Source: Chthonomonadaceae bacterium (GTDB taxonomy: Bacteria > Armatimonadota > Chthonomonadetes > Chthonomonadales > Chthonomonadaceae). Taken from it: 55,198 nt of DNA. Shown one piece after another: positions 42,362-52,153 of the stretch (positions are counted from its first letter, which is position 1; every line of letters begins with the position of its first letter). Made by a program: the position numbers and the translations under genes. Where the stretch lies: NCBI GenBank assembly GCA_035650735.1, contig DASRGZ010000019.1, positions 1 through 55,198 on the forward strand, read 5' to 3'. Under the pieces are notes generated by a model. The model saw only the letters and a list, made by a program, of their open reading frames with translations, was not told the origin of the DNA and did not search any database.

Positions 42362-42742
42362 CTAGGGCAGAGCGGCGATGGCCTCAATCTCAACGTCCGC
42401 ATCCAACGGCAGGCGGGCTACCTGGATGCAACTGCGCGCCGGCTTGACGTCCCCGAAGTACTCGGAGTAGACTTTGTTCAGCCGCTCAAAGTTATTCATG
42501 TCGGCCAGGAACACGACCACCTTGACGCAGTGTGCCAGGTCGGTTCCGGCGGCTTTGAGCACGCGCTCTACGTTGGCGATACAGAGGCGCACCTCTGCCT
42601 CGAAGTCGCCGCGCAGAACCTCCTTCGTCTCTGGGTTCATGTGGATCTGCCCCGAAACAAAAACCAGGTTGCCCAGCGTAATACCCGGTGTATAGGGCGC
42701 GCTCGGCGCGGGCCCGCCCGTGTAAACGGGTTGCTTTTCCAT
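42362..42742 (-). CDS. RidA/YjgF family enamine/imine deaminase
   Basis: APYTPG..VFVSGQI and PARSCIQVARLP..VEIEAIA motifs. Confidence 0.93.
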   Translation of the reverse strand: MEKQPVYTGGPAPSAPYTPGITLGNLVFVSGQIHMNPETKEVLRGDFEAEVRLCIANVERVLKAAGTDLAHCVKVVVFLADMNNFERLNKVYSEYFGDVKPARSCIQVARLPLDADVEIEAIAALP

Positions 42743-42920
42743 TCTGTCGCCTCCTCAATGGCGTGCGCTCCCCGGCTGCGGCGCGGCAGGGCCGATGATG
42801 GCGCCGGGGGCGCTGTCAGAGCGGGATGCAGGATGCCTCGCCCTGTCAGCAGGATGGTTCGGCGAGACGCGGGCGATCCCCTGCCGGATTCGCGTCTGAA
42901 GAGAGCAGAGCGTTAGAAAG

Positions 42921-44261
42921 GTGCTTTTTACGGCTATGCGAGTTGTGGTTCGCGGCGCGGCGGCGCTGTTGGCGATACTGGGGCTGAGCGCGTGCCTGAC
43001 CTTGCCGGTCCGGCTGCAGGCGCAAAAGGCGGATAGCGATGCGGCTGCGGTCACGGTGCTGGGAAAGGCGGCGCCCGGCACGCTGGAGAGCGGGCGCGCG
43101 GAGATATTTCGCCGGGATTTTGATAGGATCTGGCAAACGGTGCGCGACCGCCTCTATGACCCCAAAATGAACGGCGTGGATTGGAGCCATATCGGCGAGA
43201 CCTACCGCGCCCGTCTTGGGGACGTCCATACCAAGGCGGAGTTTGAGGCGCTGGTCAACCAGATGCTAGCGGAGTTGCATGTCTCCCATACGAGCTTCTA
43301 TACGGACGACGATATCGAGTTTTATATGCTGCCCGCCGTCATGCGCGGAGACCTTCAGGGCAATCAGGTCGAGCATATCGGGATCATGGGACGGCGCGAG
43401 GGGGCAGATTACGTGGTGACGGCCGTGATGGACGAGAGCCCGGCGGAAAAAGCCGGCATTCAGGCAGGCGATCATCTGCTGACGGCCGATGGCGAGCCGT
43501 TTACGTCGGCGGGATCCTTCCGGGGCAAGGAGGGCCGGCAGGTTGTGATCGCGCTGCATCGGGAGGGAGAAGCGACCAACCGTATCGTGCGGGTGACGCC
43601 GGTGCGGCAGAACATTTTGCGTGCGTTTCTGGAGGCCACGGAGAAGAGCGCGCGGGTGCTCCACGTCGGCGGCAAAAGGCTGGGCTACATCCATCTGTGG
43701 GCGATGGCGCACGAGGCGTTCAGTGAGGCGCTGGAGCAGATAGTGCTGGGCAGGCTCTACAACACAGACGGCTTGATTCTCGATCTGCGGGACGGGTATG
43801 GCGGCCATCCCTGGGGGTTCGGGGATGTCTTCTATCGGCCCGACATTGCCTGGGAGCAGCAGGTTCAAGGCCGGGCGCCGGTCGTTCGGCATACAGGCTA
43901 TAACAAGCCGATGGCCGTGCTGATCAACGGGGGGACGCGCAGCGCCAAAGAGTCCTTTGCCTATCAGTTCAAAATCTCGCGGCGGGCGATTATGGTGGGC
44001 AGCCACACCGCCGGAGCGTTCCTGGGTGCAGGCTCGTTTCCCATCGGGAAGGATGGGCTGCTGGAACTGGCCGTTCTGGGCCTGCGGCTGGACGGCCAGC
44101 GGCTGGAAGGCGTGGGGGTCACGCCGGATGTGGAGGTCGCGCCCGCCTCTGCCTATACGGATCGAGATAGCCAGCTAGCGCGCGCTATTCAACTTCTGCT
44201 GAATTCCACGCGGCAGCGCCCTCCTGCGCGCGGCCTGCTGCGCGACGTGGCGGCCTATTAA
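42921..44261 (+). CDS. S41-family peptidase with PDZ domain
   Basis: SPAEKAGIQAGD, LILDLRDGYGG, TRSAKE and LEGVGVTPD motifs. Start could be 42936. Confidence 0.9.
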   Translation: MLFTAMRVVVRGAAALLAILGLSACLTLPVRLQAQKADSDAAAVTVLGKAAPGTLESGRAEIFRRDFDRIWQTVRDRLYDPKMNGVDWSHIGETYRARLGDVHTKAEFEALVNQMLAELHVSHTSFYTDDDIEFYMLPAVMRGDLQGNQVEHIGIMGRREGADYVVTAVMDESPAEKAGIQAGDHLLTADGEPFTSAGSFRGKEGRQVVIALHREGEATNRIVRVTPVRQNILRAFLEATEKSARVLHVGGKRLGYIHLWAMAHEAFSEALEQIVLGRLYNTDGLILDLRDGYGGHPWGFGDVFYRPDIAWEQQVQGRAPVVRHTGYNKPMAVLINGGTRSAKESFAYQFKISRRAIMVGSHTAGAFLGAGSFPIGKDGLLELAVLGLRLDGQRLEGVGVTPDVEVAPASAYTDRDSQLARAIQLLLNSTRQRPPARGLLRDVAAY

Positions 44262-44307
44262 CCCGGCGGCTGCCATACCGCTAGAAAGAGCAAGGGAGCG
44301 ACCGGTC

Positions 44308-44685
44308 ATGGAGGTCATCAACCGCAACGCCGTCACGGCGTTTACAACCAAGGACACGTCTACGATCCGGGAGATCCTGGCCCCGCGTAACGCGCGCATT
44401 GAGCGTCAGAGCCTGGCGGAGGCAACGCTGGCTGCGGGCGCGGCGACGCAGGCGCACTTCCACCCGCGCACCGAGGAGATCTACTATATCCTGCGCGGCG
44501 CGGCGCTGATGGCGGTGGAGGGGGAGCGGCGTGCCGTCGGGCCTGGCGACGCCATCGGGATATTGCCGGGGCAGCGCCATCAGATACGCAACGTGGGGGA
44601 GGGGGATCTGGTATTCCTCTGTTGTTGCGTACCGGCCTATGAGGATGCGGATACGGTGATGTGTGCGCCGCTGCTGGAGGAGTGA
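44308..44685 (+). CDS. Cupin domain protein
   Basis: HFHPRTEEIYYIL.G and GDAIGI.PGQRHQI motifs. Confidence 0.9.
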   Translation: MEVINRNAVTAFTTKDTSTIREILAPRNARIERQSLAEATLAAGAATQAHFHPRTEEIYYILRGAALMAVEGERRAVGPGDAIGILPGQRHQIRNVGEGDLVFLCCCVPAYEDADTVMCAPLLEE

Positions 44686-44776
44686 GCTTGACAGCGGCAG
44701 GGAGCTTGGTAGAGGGAACGCTGGGCTATCTCTTTGCGGCGAGAGCCGGGGGCTTTCTGGCCGCAGTGGAGAGGGA

Positions 44777-44809
44777 GCGCGGGCCGCGTCGCGGCCCGCG
44801 CGTTTTTTT
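44777..44809 (+). terminator. Intrinsic terminator
   Basis: GCGCGGGCCGCG-T-CGCGGCCCGCGC followed by G and T7. Confidence 0.75.
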
Positions 44810-44955
44810 CTGGGGCGTGCTAGCACGCCCCAGAAAAAAACTTTCTCGTAGTTTTACCAGTCTCAATTTAACATTATCGGACATTTTGGCTCCGTTGGCG
44901 ACTACCGCCTGCCGTCTTTTCGCCTTGCAGCACTTCTTTTTATAGCGCTTCTATA

Positions 44956-45168
44956 GGGGATCAGATCTCCGGCCGGATTGTGGCCGTCGTGGACGTCTTT
45001 GATGCGCTGACGAGCCAGCGGCCTTATAAAGATCCCTGGCCGATCCCGCAGGCCCTGGAGGAGATCAAGCGGCTCAGCGGACGCCAATTTGACCCCCGCG
45101 TGGTGGACGCCTTCTTGGACGTTCTAGCTTCCAGAGGCGTGACGCCAGGGCTCAGGCCCGCCGCATAG
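44956..45168 (+). pseudogene. C-terminal remnant of an HD-GYP phosphodiesterase gene
   Basis: [43 protein letters not shown]. An in-frame stop lies immediately upstream, and the HD and GYP motifs are absent. Confidence 0.8.
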
Positions 45169-47015
45169 CTGCTGACCTCATAGACATCGGCCTCGGCATT
45201 GATCTCCCCACGATTGGGATCGGGATAGACGTGGGTGAGATAGGGGGGTAGGGGAGCCAGGCCGCGAAACATCGGCATGAGAATGTCGGCGGCGGTATCG
45301 GAGGGCGCCTTCTGCGAAAAGACGAGATAGCGCACCTTCATTTTGCGCAGCAGAGCCAGGCGTTCCGCGTCGGTCGTGCGGGGCAGGCCAAAGCGGGCCA
45401 GCTCGGCCAGTTTCTTACCAAACTCCGGGGTTTCGCCCCAGTGGCCGCAGTAGACCTTCCTGCCGATCAGGCCGGGCGTGAAGCAGGCAAGGCTGGTATC
45501 GGGCACGTAGAGGTGGTGATCCGCGCTTGCCACCCAGAAGAGCGGCTGGATGGCGGCATCGGCGGGCGTGTGAGCGGCGACCCACTCCAGCGCCGCGATC
45601 TCGCCGGGCTGGAGGTAAGGACGCTGTATCATTGTCTGCGAGCGGTTGATGGCGAAGTTATTCACCTCGCGCATCAGGAAGCGCACGTTGGTGATACACA
45701 GCAGCGCGGTCAGCAGTGTGGCGGCAAGAGCGAAGCCGGGCTCTGTCAGGGAGGGCCGCCAGCGCCGTAACAGCCACGCGGCGCCAATGCCGGCCAGCAG
45801 GGCGATAGGGAAGTGGGCGCCTTGCAGCATTTTGCGCTGGAACGCCGTGTGCGGCAGATAGGAGACGGCAATATTGACGATGGCCCACACGATGAGCAGG
45901 CACGCGGCCTTGCCGTCGGTTGTCCAGCGAGCATGAACTGGGTCGCTGGAAGACGCCTTCTCAGACTGGTAGAGCGCGTCTATGCCGGCCAGCGCCAGTA
46001 TTAGCGTAAGGCCGTAGCCGAGCAGCACCCAATAGAGGGCCGGGGAGAGCGTCGGGACGTTGGCGCGGGCGCGAAACACGGCTTCCGTATGAAGCTGATA
46101 GGCAATGTAGAGGACGGCAGGGGCCAGGATGACGCCGGCCAGGAGGCCGCGCAGCCAGGAATCGCGCAGATGGCCCCAGGAGGCGCTGCCCGAAGAATGG
46201 GAGGGCAGGGTTCCAGGGGAAATGGACGGAGCCGCCTGCCGCCAGAGAAAAATTCCCGTTTGCGCCAGAAGGTAGGCAAACCAGATCGCCGTCATCGGAA
46301 TGATGTCGTAGGTGTGGACAAGACCCAAGAAGAAACCGCACAGCCCGGCGGCAACGGCATAGCGCGCCTGGCCCATGCGCTCGCCCTGTAAGAGCAGCAC
46401 GACCATGCCGACCTGCAGGGCCATGGAGAAGGCGAACAGGGGACTCAGATAGAGCGACAGGAAGGTGATCGCTTCCGGCTGCCATTTATCTACCGGCGTG
46501 GGCAGCGGCGGCGTCTCCCACCAGAGGGGCAGCCAGCCCAATCCCGACGAGAAACAGACGAACAGAAAGGCCAGTCGCCGCGCCCGCGCATCGGAGATCG
46601 TCTGGAGAATGAGCTCCCAGACCAGAGCCAGCAGCGCAAGGCCAAAAAGCATCCGCGCGCCATGGTAGACGGCCAGCAGCGGCAGGCCCGTCCCACCGGC
46701 GATGCGGCCCAGGGCCAGAAACAGCGGATTGAGGGCCATGCCGTGTTGCGGCGCGGTGGTGAAGAGGTTGAGCGCGCGGCAGGAGCCGTTGGCCGCCTGG
46801 CGCATCCAGGAGAGATAGACGCAGCTATCATCGAGGTTGTAGCCCAGCCACATGAAGACGCGGCCCTCCGCCATGCTGGCCCCGATGAGATAGGGCACCA
46901 TCGTGATCAGCATCGTCAGCGCCGCGATGCCCCACGCCCAGGCCCGCTCCTTCAGGAAGGGAGCCGGGGGCGGGGAAGAGGGAGCGGGAGAATGGGGGGG
47001 CGCTTGCGTCATCAC
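45024..47015 (-). CDS. Polytopic membrane protein, possibly a GT-C-type glycosyltransferase
   Basis: Many transmembrane helices, with an acidic loop (NLDDSCVY) after TM1. The last ~48 aa run antisense over the HD-GYP remnant. Confidence 0.7.
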   Translation of the reverse strand: MMTQAPPHSPAPSSPPPAPFLKERAWAWGIAALTMLITMVPYLIGASMAEGRVFMWLGYNLDDSCVYLSWMRQAANGSCRALNLFTTAPQHGMALNPLFLALGRIAGGTGLPLLAVYHGARMLFGLALLALVWELILQTISDARARRLAFLFVCFSSGLGWLPLWWETPPLPTPVDKWQPEAITFLSLYLSPLFAFSMALQVGMVVLLLQGERMGQARYAVAAGLCGFFLGLVHTYDIIPMTAIWFAYLLAQTGIFLWRQAAPSISPGTLPSHSSGSASWGHLRDSWLRGLLAGVILAPAVLYIAYQLHTEAVFRARANVPTLSPALYWVLLGYGLTLILALAGIDALYQSEKASSSDPVHARWTTDGKAACLLIVWAIVNIAVSYLPHTAFQRKMLQGAHFPIALLAGIGAAWLLRRWRPSLTEPGFALAATLLTALLCITNVRFLMREVNNFAINRSQTMIQRPYLQPGEIAALEWVAAHTPADAAIQPLFWVASADHHLYVPDTSLACFTPGLIGRKVYCGHWGETPEFGKKLAELARFGLPRTTDAERLALLRKMKVRYLVFSQKAPSDTAADILMPMFRGLAPLPPYLTHVYPDPNRGEINAEADVYEVSSYAAGLSPGVTPLEARTSKKASTTRGSNWRPLSRLISSRACGIGQGSL

Positions 47016-48154
47016 CGGGCGGCGCGCTCCTCCGGGAGCCTGCGGGCGGCAACGGCCTGCTGGCAGGCCGATTCCAGGGCGGCTATCTCCTCCGGGCCGA
47101 CGATCACGCCGATCTCCAGGGTGTATTCGCGGCGTTCGCCCGGCTCCAGGAACTGGAGGGTGCCGGCGGCGCGCTCATAGGCACGGCCCATCACCAGGCA
47201 GTTAGCCGGCTCCATGCCCACGACATAGGTGCCCGCATCCATCATCTTCCACTCGATGAAGCGGGGCAGTTGTTCTGGGCGGTAGGCGCAGTAGACGCCC
47301 AGGCCCGGCCCGCGCCCATCTCCCGCCTCACACTCCGGGTTGATGACGGCGGCGGTGACGCGCCCGCTCGTGTCGGCAGCAAGGTCGTGGAAGTAGACGG
47401 TCTCGCGGTAGCCGGCCTCCGGCGGCTGGAACTGGGCGTAGCGCTCCTTTTTGGCATCGGCGTCGGCATCACGGGGCACGGCGGAGACGGTGGGGGCGAC
47501 GAGGCGAGCGCCATCATTGACAACCGGGAAACCCAGGTTAATATGATACAAGATCATATGCTCGGTGCGCTTGTAGCCCAGGTTTTCCACGACGTCGTGC
47601 AGGGTCAGGCTGCGCGCGCCGAGCCGCGTGGTGATGGTGCGAGTAAGCTGAAGGTTTTCGCCGAAGACGGTCGCCTCGCGTACCTTGCCGCGCAGGGTCA
47701 GCAGATAGTCGTCGCCGTCCCAATGGCCGTCCCAGGAGACATTGGTGGCCGGCAGGTTGCTGGCGCGTCCGTGCAGGCCGTATGGTTGGCCGAGGTCTTC
47801 GCCGCCGGCGCCGACGTAGGTGAGGCCGCAGGTAACGACAAGCCCGCCATAGAAGCCGCGCAGCCAGCCGCGCCCGCGTTCGGCCTCGGTATCAAAATAG
47901 GCGGGATGGGTGTCGGTGGTGGCGGAGCGCCAGGCCAGAGAGCAGCCATTATAGTGGGCCGAGGAGATATCCAGGCCGCGCGAGGCCAGGACGGTGAAAT
48001 CCAGGCCGCCGCCGGTGGCGACATCCAGAGCCTGAACGCCCTCTTCGAAACCTTCGATCAGGCGATAGGGCTTGATGCGGGCGAGCTGGCTGATGTCTCC
48101 GACGCGGGCGAGGAGGGCCTCGCGCGTATAGGTCTTGCCGTAAAGTCGCGCCAT
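47012..48154 (-). CDS. Aldose 1-epimerase-like (DUF4432) protein
   Basis: RGLDI, GGLVVTCGL, GLHGR, LYHINLGFP and YVVGMEPAN motifs. Confidence 0.85.
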   Translation of the reverse strand: MARLYGKTYTREALLARVGDISQLARIKPYRLIEGFEEGVQALDVATGGGLDFTVLASRGLDISSAHYNGCSLAWRSATTDTHPAYFDTEAERGRGWLRGFYGGLVVTCGLTYVGAGGEDLGQPYGLHGRASNLPATNVSWDGHWDGDDYLLTLRGKVREATVFGENLQLTRTITTRLGARSLTLHDVVENLGYKRTEHMILYHINLGFPVVNDGARLVAPTVSAVPRDADADAKKERYAQFQPPEAGYRETVYFHDLAADTSGRVTAAVINPECEAGDGRGPGLGVYCAYRPEQLPRFIEWKMMDAGTYVVGMEPANCLVMGRAYERAAGTLQFLEPGERREYTLEIGVIVGPEEIAALESACQQAVAARRLPEERAAR

Positions 48155-48347
48155 GTTCCGAAAGGATCCTTCCCTAGCTTCGTTTCAACTCCACGCTTTT
48201 CCATTCCACGCTGGTTCGATTAAAGGTCGGAAACTCTTCCATGCGCCAGAAAGAGGATGGTGTCGAGCGCGGATAGAGTTCGGGCAATGGCGCCTTATTT
48301 CCTCCTGGAAATGCCTTCCAGCCAGGATCCTTCCATCTTGCCATGCA

Positions 48348-48590
48348 GCCCTCACCCCCTGTCCCCACTGCTAGGGTCGGGCCTGCAATGGACTGCAAAG
48401 GTCGGCAGGGCTACGGCCCCTGCCTCCGCCTTGTGGCAGCCCTCCGCCTCGCGATCCCCAATCCTGGGAGAGGGGGAACCGAGAAGCCAGAAGAGACATT
48501 CCCCTCCCCTGTTCTTAGGGGAGGGGAAAAAGGGGTGGGTGCCTCTCCCCCTCTCCCGCAGCGTGGGAGAGGGGGAAGGGGGTGAGGGCT
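48348..48590. repeat. Family A elements, one with a B insert (48367-48454) and one empty (48543-48589)
   Basis: GCCCTCACCCCCTGTCCCC[ACTGCTAGGG..CCTCGCGA].. and CTCTCCCGCAGCGTGGGAGAGGGGGAAGGGGGTGAGGG. Confidence 0.85.
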
Positions 48591-48634
48591 TTCGGAGCAA
48601 GGTGTATGGGGTGGCCCAACGGCGGCGAGCGGGA

Positions 48635-49330
48635 TTATTTCTTGCGGCGGATACGGCGGGAGAGGAAGCCGACACCGGTGAGGCCCATGCCGCAGAGCAT
48701 GGCAACCGAACCCGGCTCGGGAACGCTCGGACCGGGGATTTGATCATTGGTGGTGAGCGTCAGGCTCCAGCCCCCAGACAGGCTGCCGGCATCGGCTTGG
48801 GCATCGTCCATGATGAACAGCTTGTAGACGCCGTTGGGATCCTGGCCGTTGAAGACGGACATCGTCGAGCCGTAAGGATCCTGGGGCGCCGGAAGATCGA
48901 ACGCATCCCCCGAGCCGTAGTTGGTAGGCTTGTAGGTCCCGGAGCTAATCTGGGTGCTGTCTGGCAGCGAGGAAGCGGCATCGTCGTCAAAGGTCAGATT
49001 GACATCGCGAATGTCGTCCGAGTCGCCAGCGTCCGACATGATGAGCACGTTCTGCCCACCGGGGCCGACCAGCAGCATATCCAGATCGTCGGGGAAGGTG
49101 TGGGTCAGGCCGTTCAGGGTGGCGGTGAGCTTGGTGATGGTTCCGGTCAGACCGCTGACGGTGATCTCCGAGGGGTAGGGATTGGCGGGGCCGAAGGTGC
49201 CGACGCCAGGAATGGTGATGCTGCTAGAGTTGCTGAACGTATGGGTGCTGGCCTGGGCGGCGGGCAGACTCCCCGCGAGGGCCAGGGCGCTCAGCACAGA
49301 CAGAGCAAGAGACTTCCGCTTGGATAGCAT
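48635..49330 (-). CDS. PEP-CTERM surface protein with a proprotein convertase P-like domain
   Basis: Signal peptide, HTFPDDLDMLLVGPGG and FNGQDPNGVYKL motifs, then C-terminal VPEPGS, a transmembrane helix and RRIRRKK. Confidence 0.9.
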   Translation of the reverse strand: MLSKRKSLALSVLSALALAGSLPAAQASTHTFSNSSSITIPGVGTFGPANPYPSEITVSGLTGTITKLTATLNGLTHTFPDDLDMLLVGPGGQNVLIMSDAGDSDDIRDVNLTFDDDAASSLPDSTQISSGTYKPTNYGSGDAFDLPAPQDPYGSTMSVFNGQDPNGVYKLFIMDDAQADAGSLSGGWSLTLTTNDQIPGPSVPEPGSVAMLCGMGLTGVGFLSRRIRRKK

Positions 49331-49376
49331 GTGGCGCTCCTTACCAGGTAATATTGCCAGCAGAGGAATTTTCGCT

Positions 49377-49410
49377 ATGGCATGTCAGTTACACGCATGA
49401 GACATGCCAT
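49377..49410 (-). promoter_or_regulatory. Candidate sigma54 (-24/-12) promoter within a 10-bp inverted repeat
   Basis: Minus-strand TGGCATGTCTCATGC (49409-49395) has GG-N10-GC spacing. ATGGCATGTC-N14-GACATGCCAT palindrome. Confidence 0.5.
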
Positions 49411-49926
49411 TTCTCCTACCTAGCTGAAAAACAGGCATTTTTACCGGCTAAAAATCTTGCTCTCTCTGTTGTCGGCGACCAAATTCATGCCAATCAGAGG
49501 ACCAAGTCTGCTTACGCGGACGTGGGCTTTCATCAGCGTAGGCGGACCTGACGCATGTATTGCTGTTGGGCTATTCGGGCTGCGAGAGAAAGGAATGACG
49601 CTGAAGCGCCAGAGGAGGAATTTATCAACCTTGACCGTCACGGAAAGCGCGATGGCACGTTACGTAGGGAATAACCATAGGAGCCCGGATAACCCGCCCG
49701 GCAGGATTCCTGGAGTGAGAGCCGCTTTCAATATTTGATAATAGGTGGAAATAGGGGTTCGAGAGTGGGAAGGCCAGAAGTGGCCGTTTGAGAATGTGAA
49801 ACCTGGAAGTGGGCCGATTCGTCTCTCTGAGAGACAAGGTTAGATTTGCAGAGGAGACTCAGGAAGCCCGTCTGGGCGTGCGGCCCCGGCGCACGTAAGC
49901 GCCGAGGCCAGAAGGAGAAGCAACCG

Positions 49927-51108
49927 ATGGTGGGAATAAGCTATAGACACTCTGCGCGCGTGGTAGGTGTGGCGGCGGTCATGGCCACCATGGTGTGGTA
50001 CTCGGCGTTAGGAGCGGCTGCCCAGTCGCGCGCTCGCACGATACGCCTGGATGCGGGAACGGTGATTCCTGTACGGCTCGACCAGACGCTCAGTTCCAAT
50101 GATTCGCAACAAGGCGACACCTTCACCGCGACGGTGCGTCCCAGCGACGGCACTGGCGATAACGATTACGCCGACTATACGGCTCTGCCGGTCGGCACCA
50201 AGGTCGAAGGCGTCGTCCGCACGGCCCGGCCCAGGAGCGGCAAGAACCCGGGCGTCCTCGATCTGGACTTCCGCCGCGTTCGCCTGCCGGACGGCAGGTC
50301 GTATAGCATTGACGGATCCCTGATCGGGCTGGACAGCAAGAGCGTGACGCGCACGAAGGATGGGCGGCTCATTGCCAAGCCCGGCCACAAGACAGACCGC
50401 CTGACCTATGTGGGCTACGGTGCCGGCGCCGGGCTGATTATCGGCATGTTGACCAAGCGCCCGCTGGAAGACGCCCTGTGGGGAGCCGGATTGGGCTATC
50501 TCTACGGCGCCCTGCAAAAAGGCAACACCGAGGTCAAGGACGTGACGCTGAAGCCTGGCACCGAGTTCGGCGTGCGCCTGGATCGGCGGCTGGTCCTCAG
50601 CGATTACCGGAGTGAGGATTACTACAACAACCGGGAGGGTACCCGGAGCGACGATCTGAGCCGGTATCACCGCACAGGGAATACCGACAACTACGACCGG
50701 GAGGCCAATCCAACCGATATTGGCGTGATGATCGGCGACCGCAACGTTCGGTTCGATTCCACAGCCCGTCCTGTGATGGCCAATAGCGTGGTGCTGGTGC
50801 CCGTCGGCCCTGTGCTCGACGCCAGCCATATCTCGTACCGGTATGACGCCAACCGCCGGGAGCTGCGGGCCAGCAGCGACCAGGGCGTGGTGCGCGTCGG
50901 CCTCAACAGCCGGATCGCGGTGGTCAACGGCAACCGGCGCGTTCGCCTGGAGGCCCCGGTGCAGCGGCTGAACGGCGCGATCTACGTTCCAATGCGGTTC
51001 CTGGAGCTGGCTACGGGCGACCGTGCGAGCTGGGATCCGATCAGCCGCACGGTGGTTCTGACGCCCACGGATCAGGGCGATCTCAACGCGCCGGAGGGGG
51101 AACGCTAA
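49927..51108 (+). CDS. Secreted protein with a TrbI-like beta domain, glycine zipper and C-terminal copper amine oxidase-like domain
   Basis: AAGGAG RBS and signal peptide. AGTVIPVRL..LSS..GDTF, GAGAGLIIG and GAIYVPMRF..WD motifs. Confidence 0.8.
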   Translation: MVGISYRHSARVVGVAAVMATMVWYSALGAAAQSRARTIRLDAGTVIPVRLDQTLSSNDSQQGDTFTATVRPSDGTGDNDYADYTALPVGTKVEGVVRTARPRSGKNPGVLDLDFRRVRLPDGRSYSIDGSLIGLDSKSVTRTKDGRLIAKPGHKTDRLTYVGYGAGAGLIIGMLTKRPLEDALWGAGLGYLYGALQKGNTEVKDVTLKPGTEFGVRLDRRLVLSDYRSEDYYNNREGTRSDDLSRYHRTGNTDNYDREANPTDIGVMIGDRNVRFDSTARPVMANSVVLVPVGPVLDASHISYRYDANRRELRASSDQGVVRVGLNSRIAVVNGNRRVRLEAPVQRLNGAIYVPMRFLELATGDRASWDPISRTVVLTPTDQGDLNAPEGER

Positions 51109-51297
51109 AGCCTTTCCTCCCATCCAGGGAGCAAAATTCCTGGCTCGCCTGGGAACACAGGCGCGGAAACAGGAGTCCATGCCAAATGGACAAGTGATAC
51201 CAGAGAAGAAAGGTTGTAGGATTTTCGGGGGATGCAGGCCATCCCCCGATTTTTGTGAACGGGAACAGTGCATCTCTTGCAGGGAAGTTCGTTGCTC

Positions 51298-51604
51298 TAG
51301 GTTCTAAGGTGCTAAGGGTTAGTGGTGCCTCCGGTAAGTCTGCCGTCCTTTGTGCGGCAGGCTAAACCCTGCCGCTGTGGGGCCTACTGCCAGGGTCGGG
51401 CCTGCCATGGTTGGGCCCCCTGCCTTGCGAGGTCCTTGCCTCCGCCTAGCCACACCTGGCCACAGCCCTCCGCCTGGCGAGGCCCTCCGCCCACCTACGT
51501 CGGCGGGAAAAGGCACTGCCAGGAAAGTATAGGGAACTTGGTGGATGCACCAGTTAGTGCCAGAACCTTAAGAACCCTTAGCACCCTCTAGCACCCTAGC
51601 CCTT
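51298..51604. repeat. Three-level nested element: TAGGGTTCT/TAGGGTGCT tandem arms > family C (51323-51552) > family B (51386-51480)
   Basis: Outer arms TAGGTTCTAAGGTGCTAAGGG versus AGAACCTTAAGAACCCTTAGCACCCTCTAGCACCCTAG. Family C ends TGGTGCCTCC / GGATGCACCA. Confidence 0.85.
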
Positions 51605-51861
51605 TAGTGGGTGGAGAACGCGTTGCCGGGTTGGCTGTGCGCCGCACTCTTCGGGAACCTGATCGCGTCATAGGGATCGGAGGCCTGTGTTGGCGTCGGC
51701 TCGCTTGCGCCAAACCCCTTGACAACGCCACGCCGAGCACAGTACTGCCTGAGCAGGTCGGGCAGCTCGGGAAGGGTGATCTTGCCTTGCAGGTAGCTCT
51801 GGCCGTCTGAAGTGGCGGCGTAATCCGCGCCCGAAGCGCAAATATCGAGGCCAAGATACAC
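51604..51861 (-). CDS. Possible small hypothetical protein (85 aa)
   Basis: AAGGAG 8 nt upstream of the GTG start. No recognisable family. Confidence 0.35.
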   Translation of the reverse strand: MYLGLDICASGADYAATSDGQSYLQGKITLPELPDLLRQYCARRGVVKGFGASEPTPTQASDPYDAIRFPKSAAHSQPGNAFSTH

Positions 51862-51873
51862 CTTTCGCTCTCC

Positions 51874-51902
51874 TTGACAAAGGAGTTACCTGAGGGTATA
51901 AT
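51874..51902 (+). promoter_or_regulatory. Consensus sigma70 promoter of tRNA-Ala
   Basis: TTGACA-N17-TATAAT. Confidence 0.85.
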
Positions 51903-51957
51903 AGCGGCAGCGACGGGCAACGAGGACGTTGCCGCGTTAAGCATGGACAACCTATGT

Positions 51958-52030
51958 GGGGCTGTAGCTCAGCTGGGAGAGCGCTTCAATGGCATTGAAG
52001 AAGTCAGGAGTTCGAATCTCCTCAGCTCCA
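51958..52030 (+). tRNA. tRNA-Ala (GGC), CCA not encoded
   Basis: GGGGCTG/CAGCTCC acceptor stem with G3:U70, anticodon arm CTTCA-ATGGCAT-TGAAG, and GTTCGAATC T-loop. Confidence 0.97.
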
Positions 52031-52153
52031 CTCCTCCCCAACCGAGCCGGCGCGCACGGATAGGGCGCCGCTTCAGGGGGGCTGTCTGGCGGATTTGCCG
52101 CGCGCGGCTGCGTTCTTGCACGTTCGCGTAACCAGGTTGGGTAAAGGTTTGCC

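Noticed and set aside
48257..48630. ORFs with SPxPLSxxGEG-like peptides (also 2790-3082, 6072-6434, 30638-30966, 51319-51591)
   Set aside because: These are translations of intergenic palindromic repeats, with no independent evidence of being genes.
51115..51195. Run of short hairpins downstream of the 49927-51108 gene, as a possible riboswitch or sRNA
   Set aside because: No recognisable family motif and no downstream gene in a regulatory position. Cannot be supported without covariation data.
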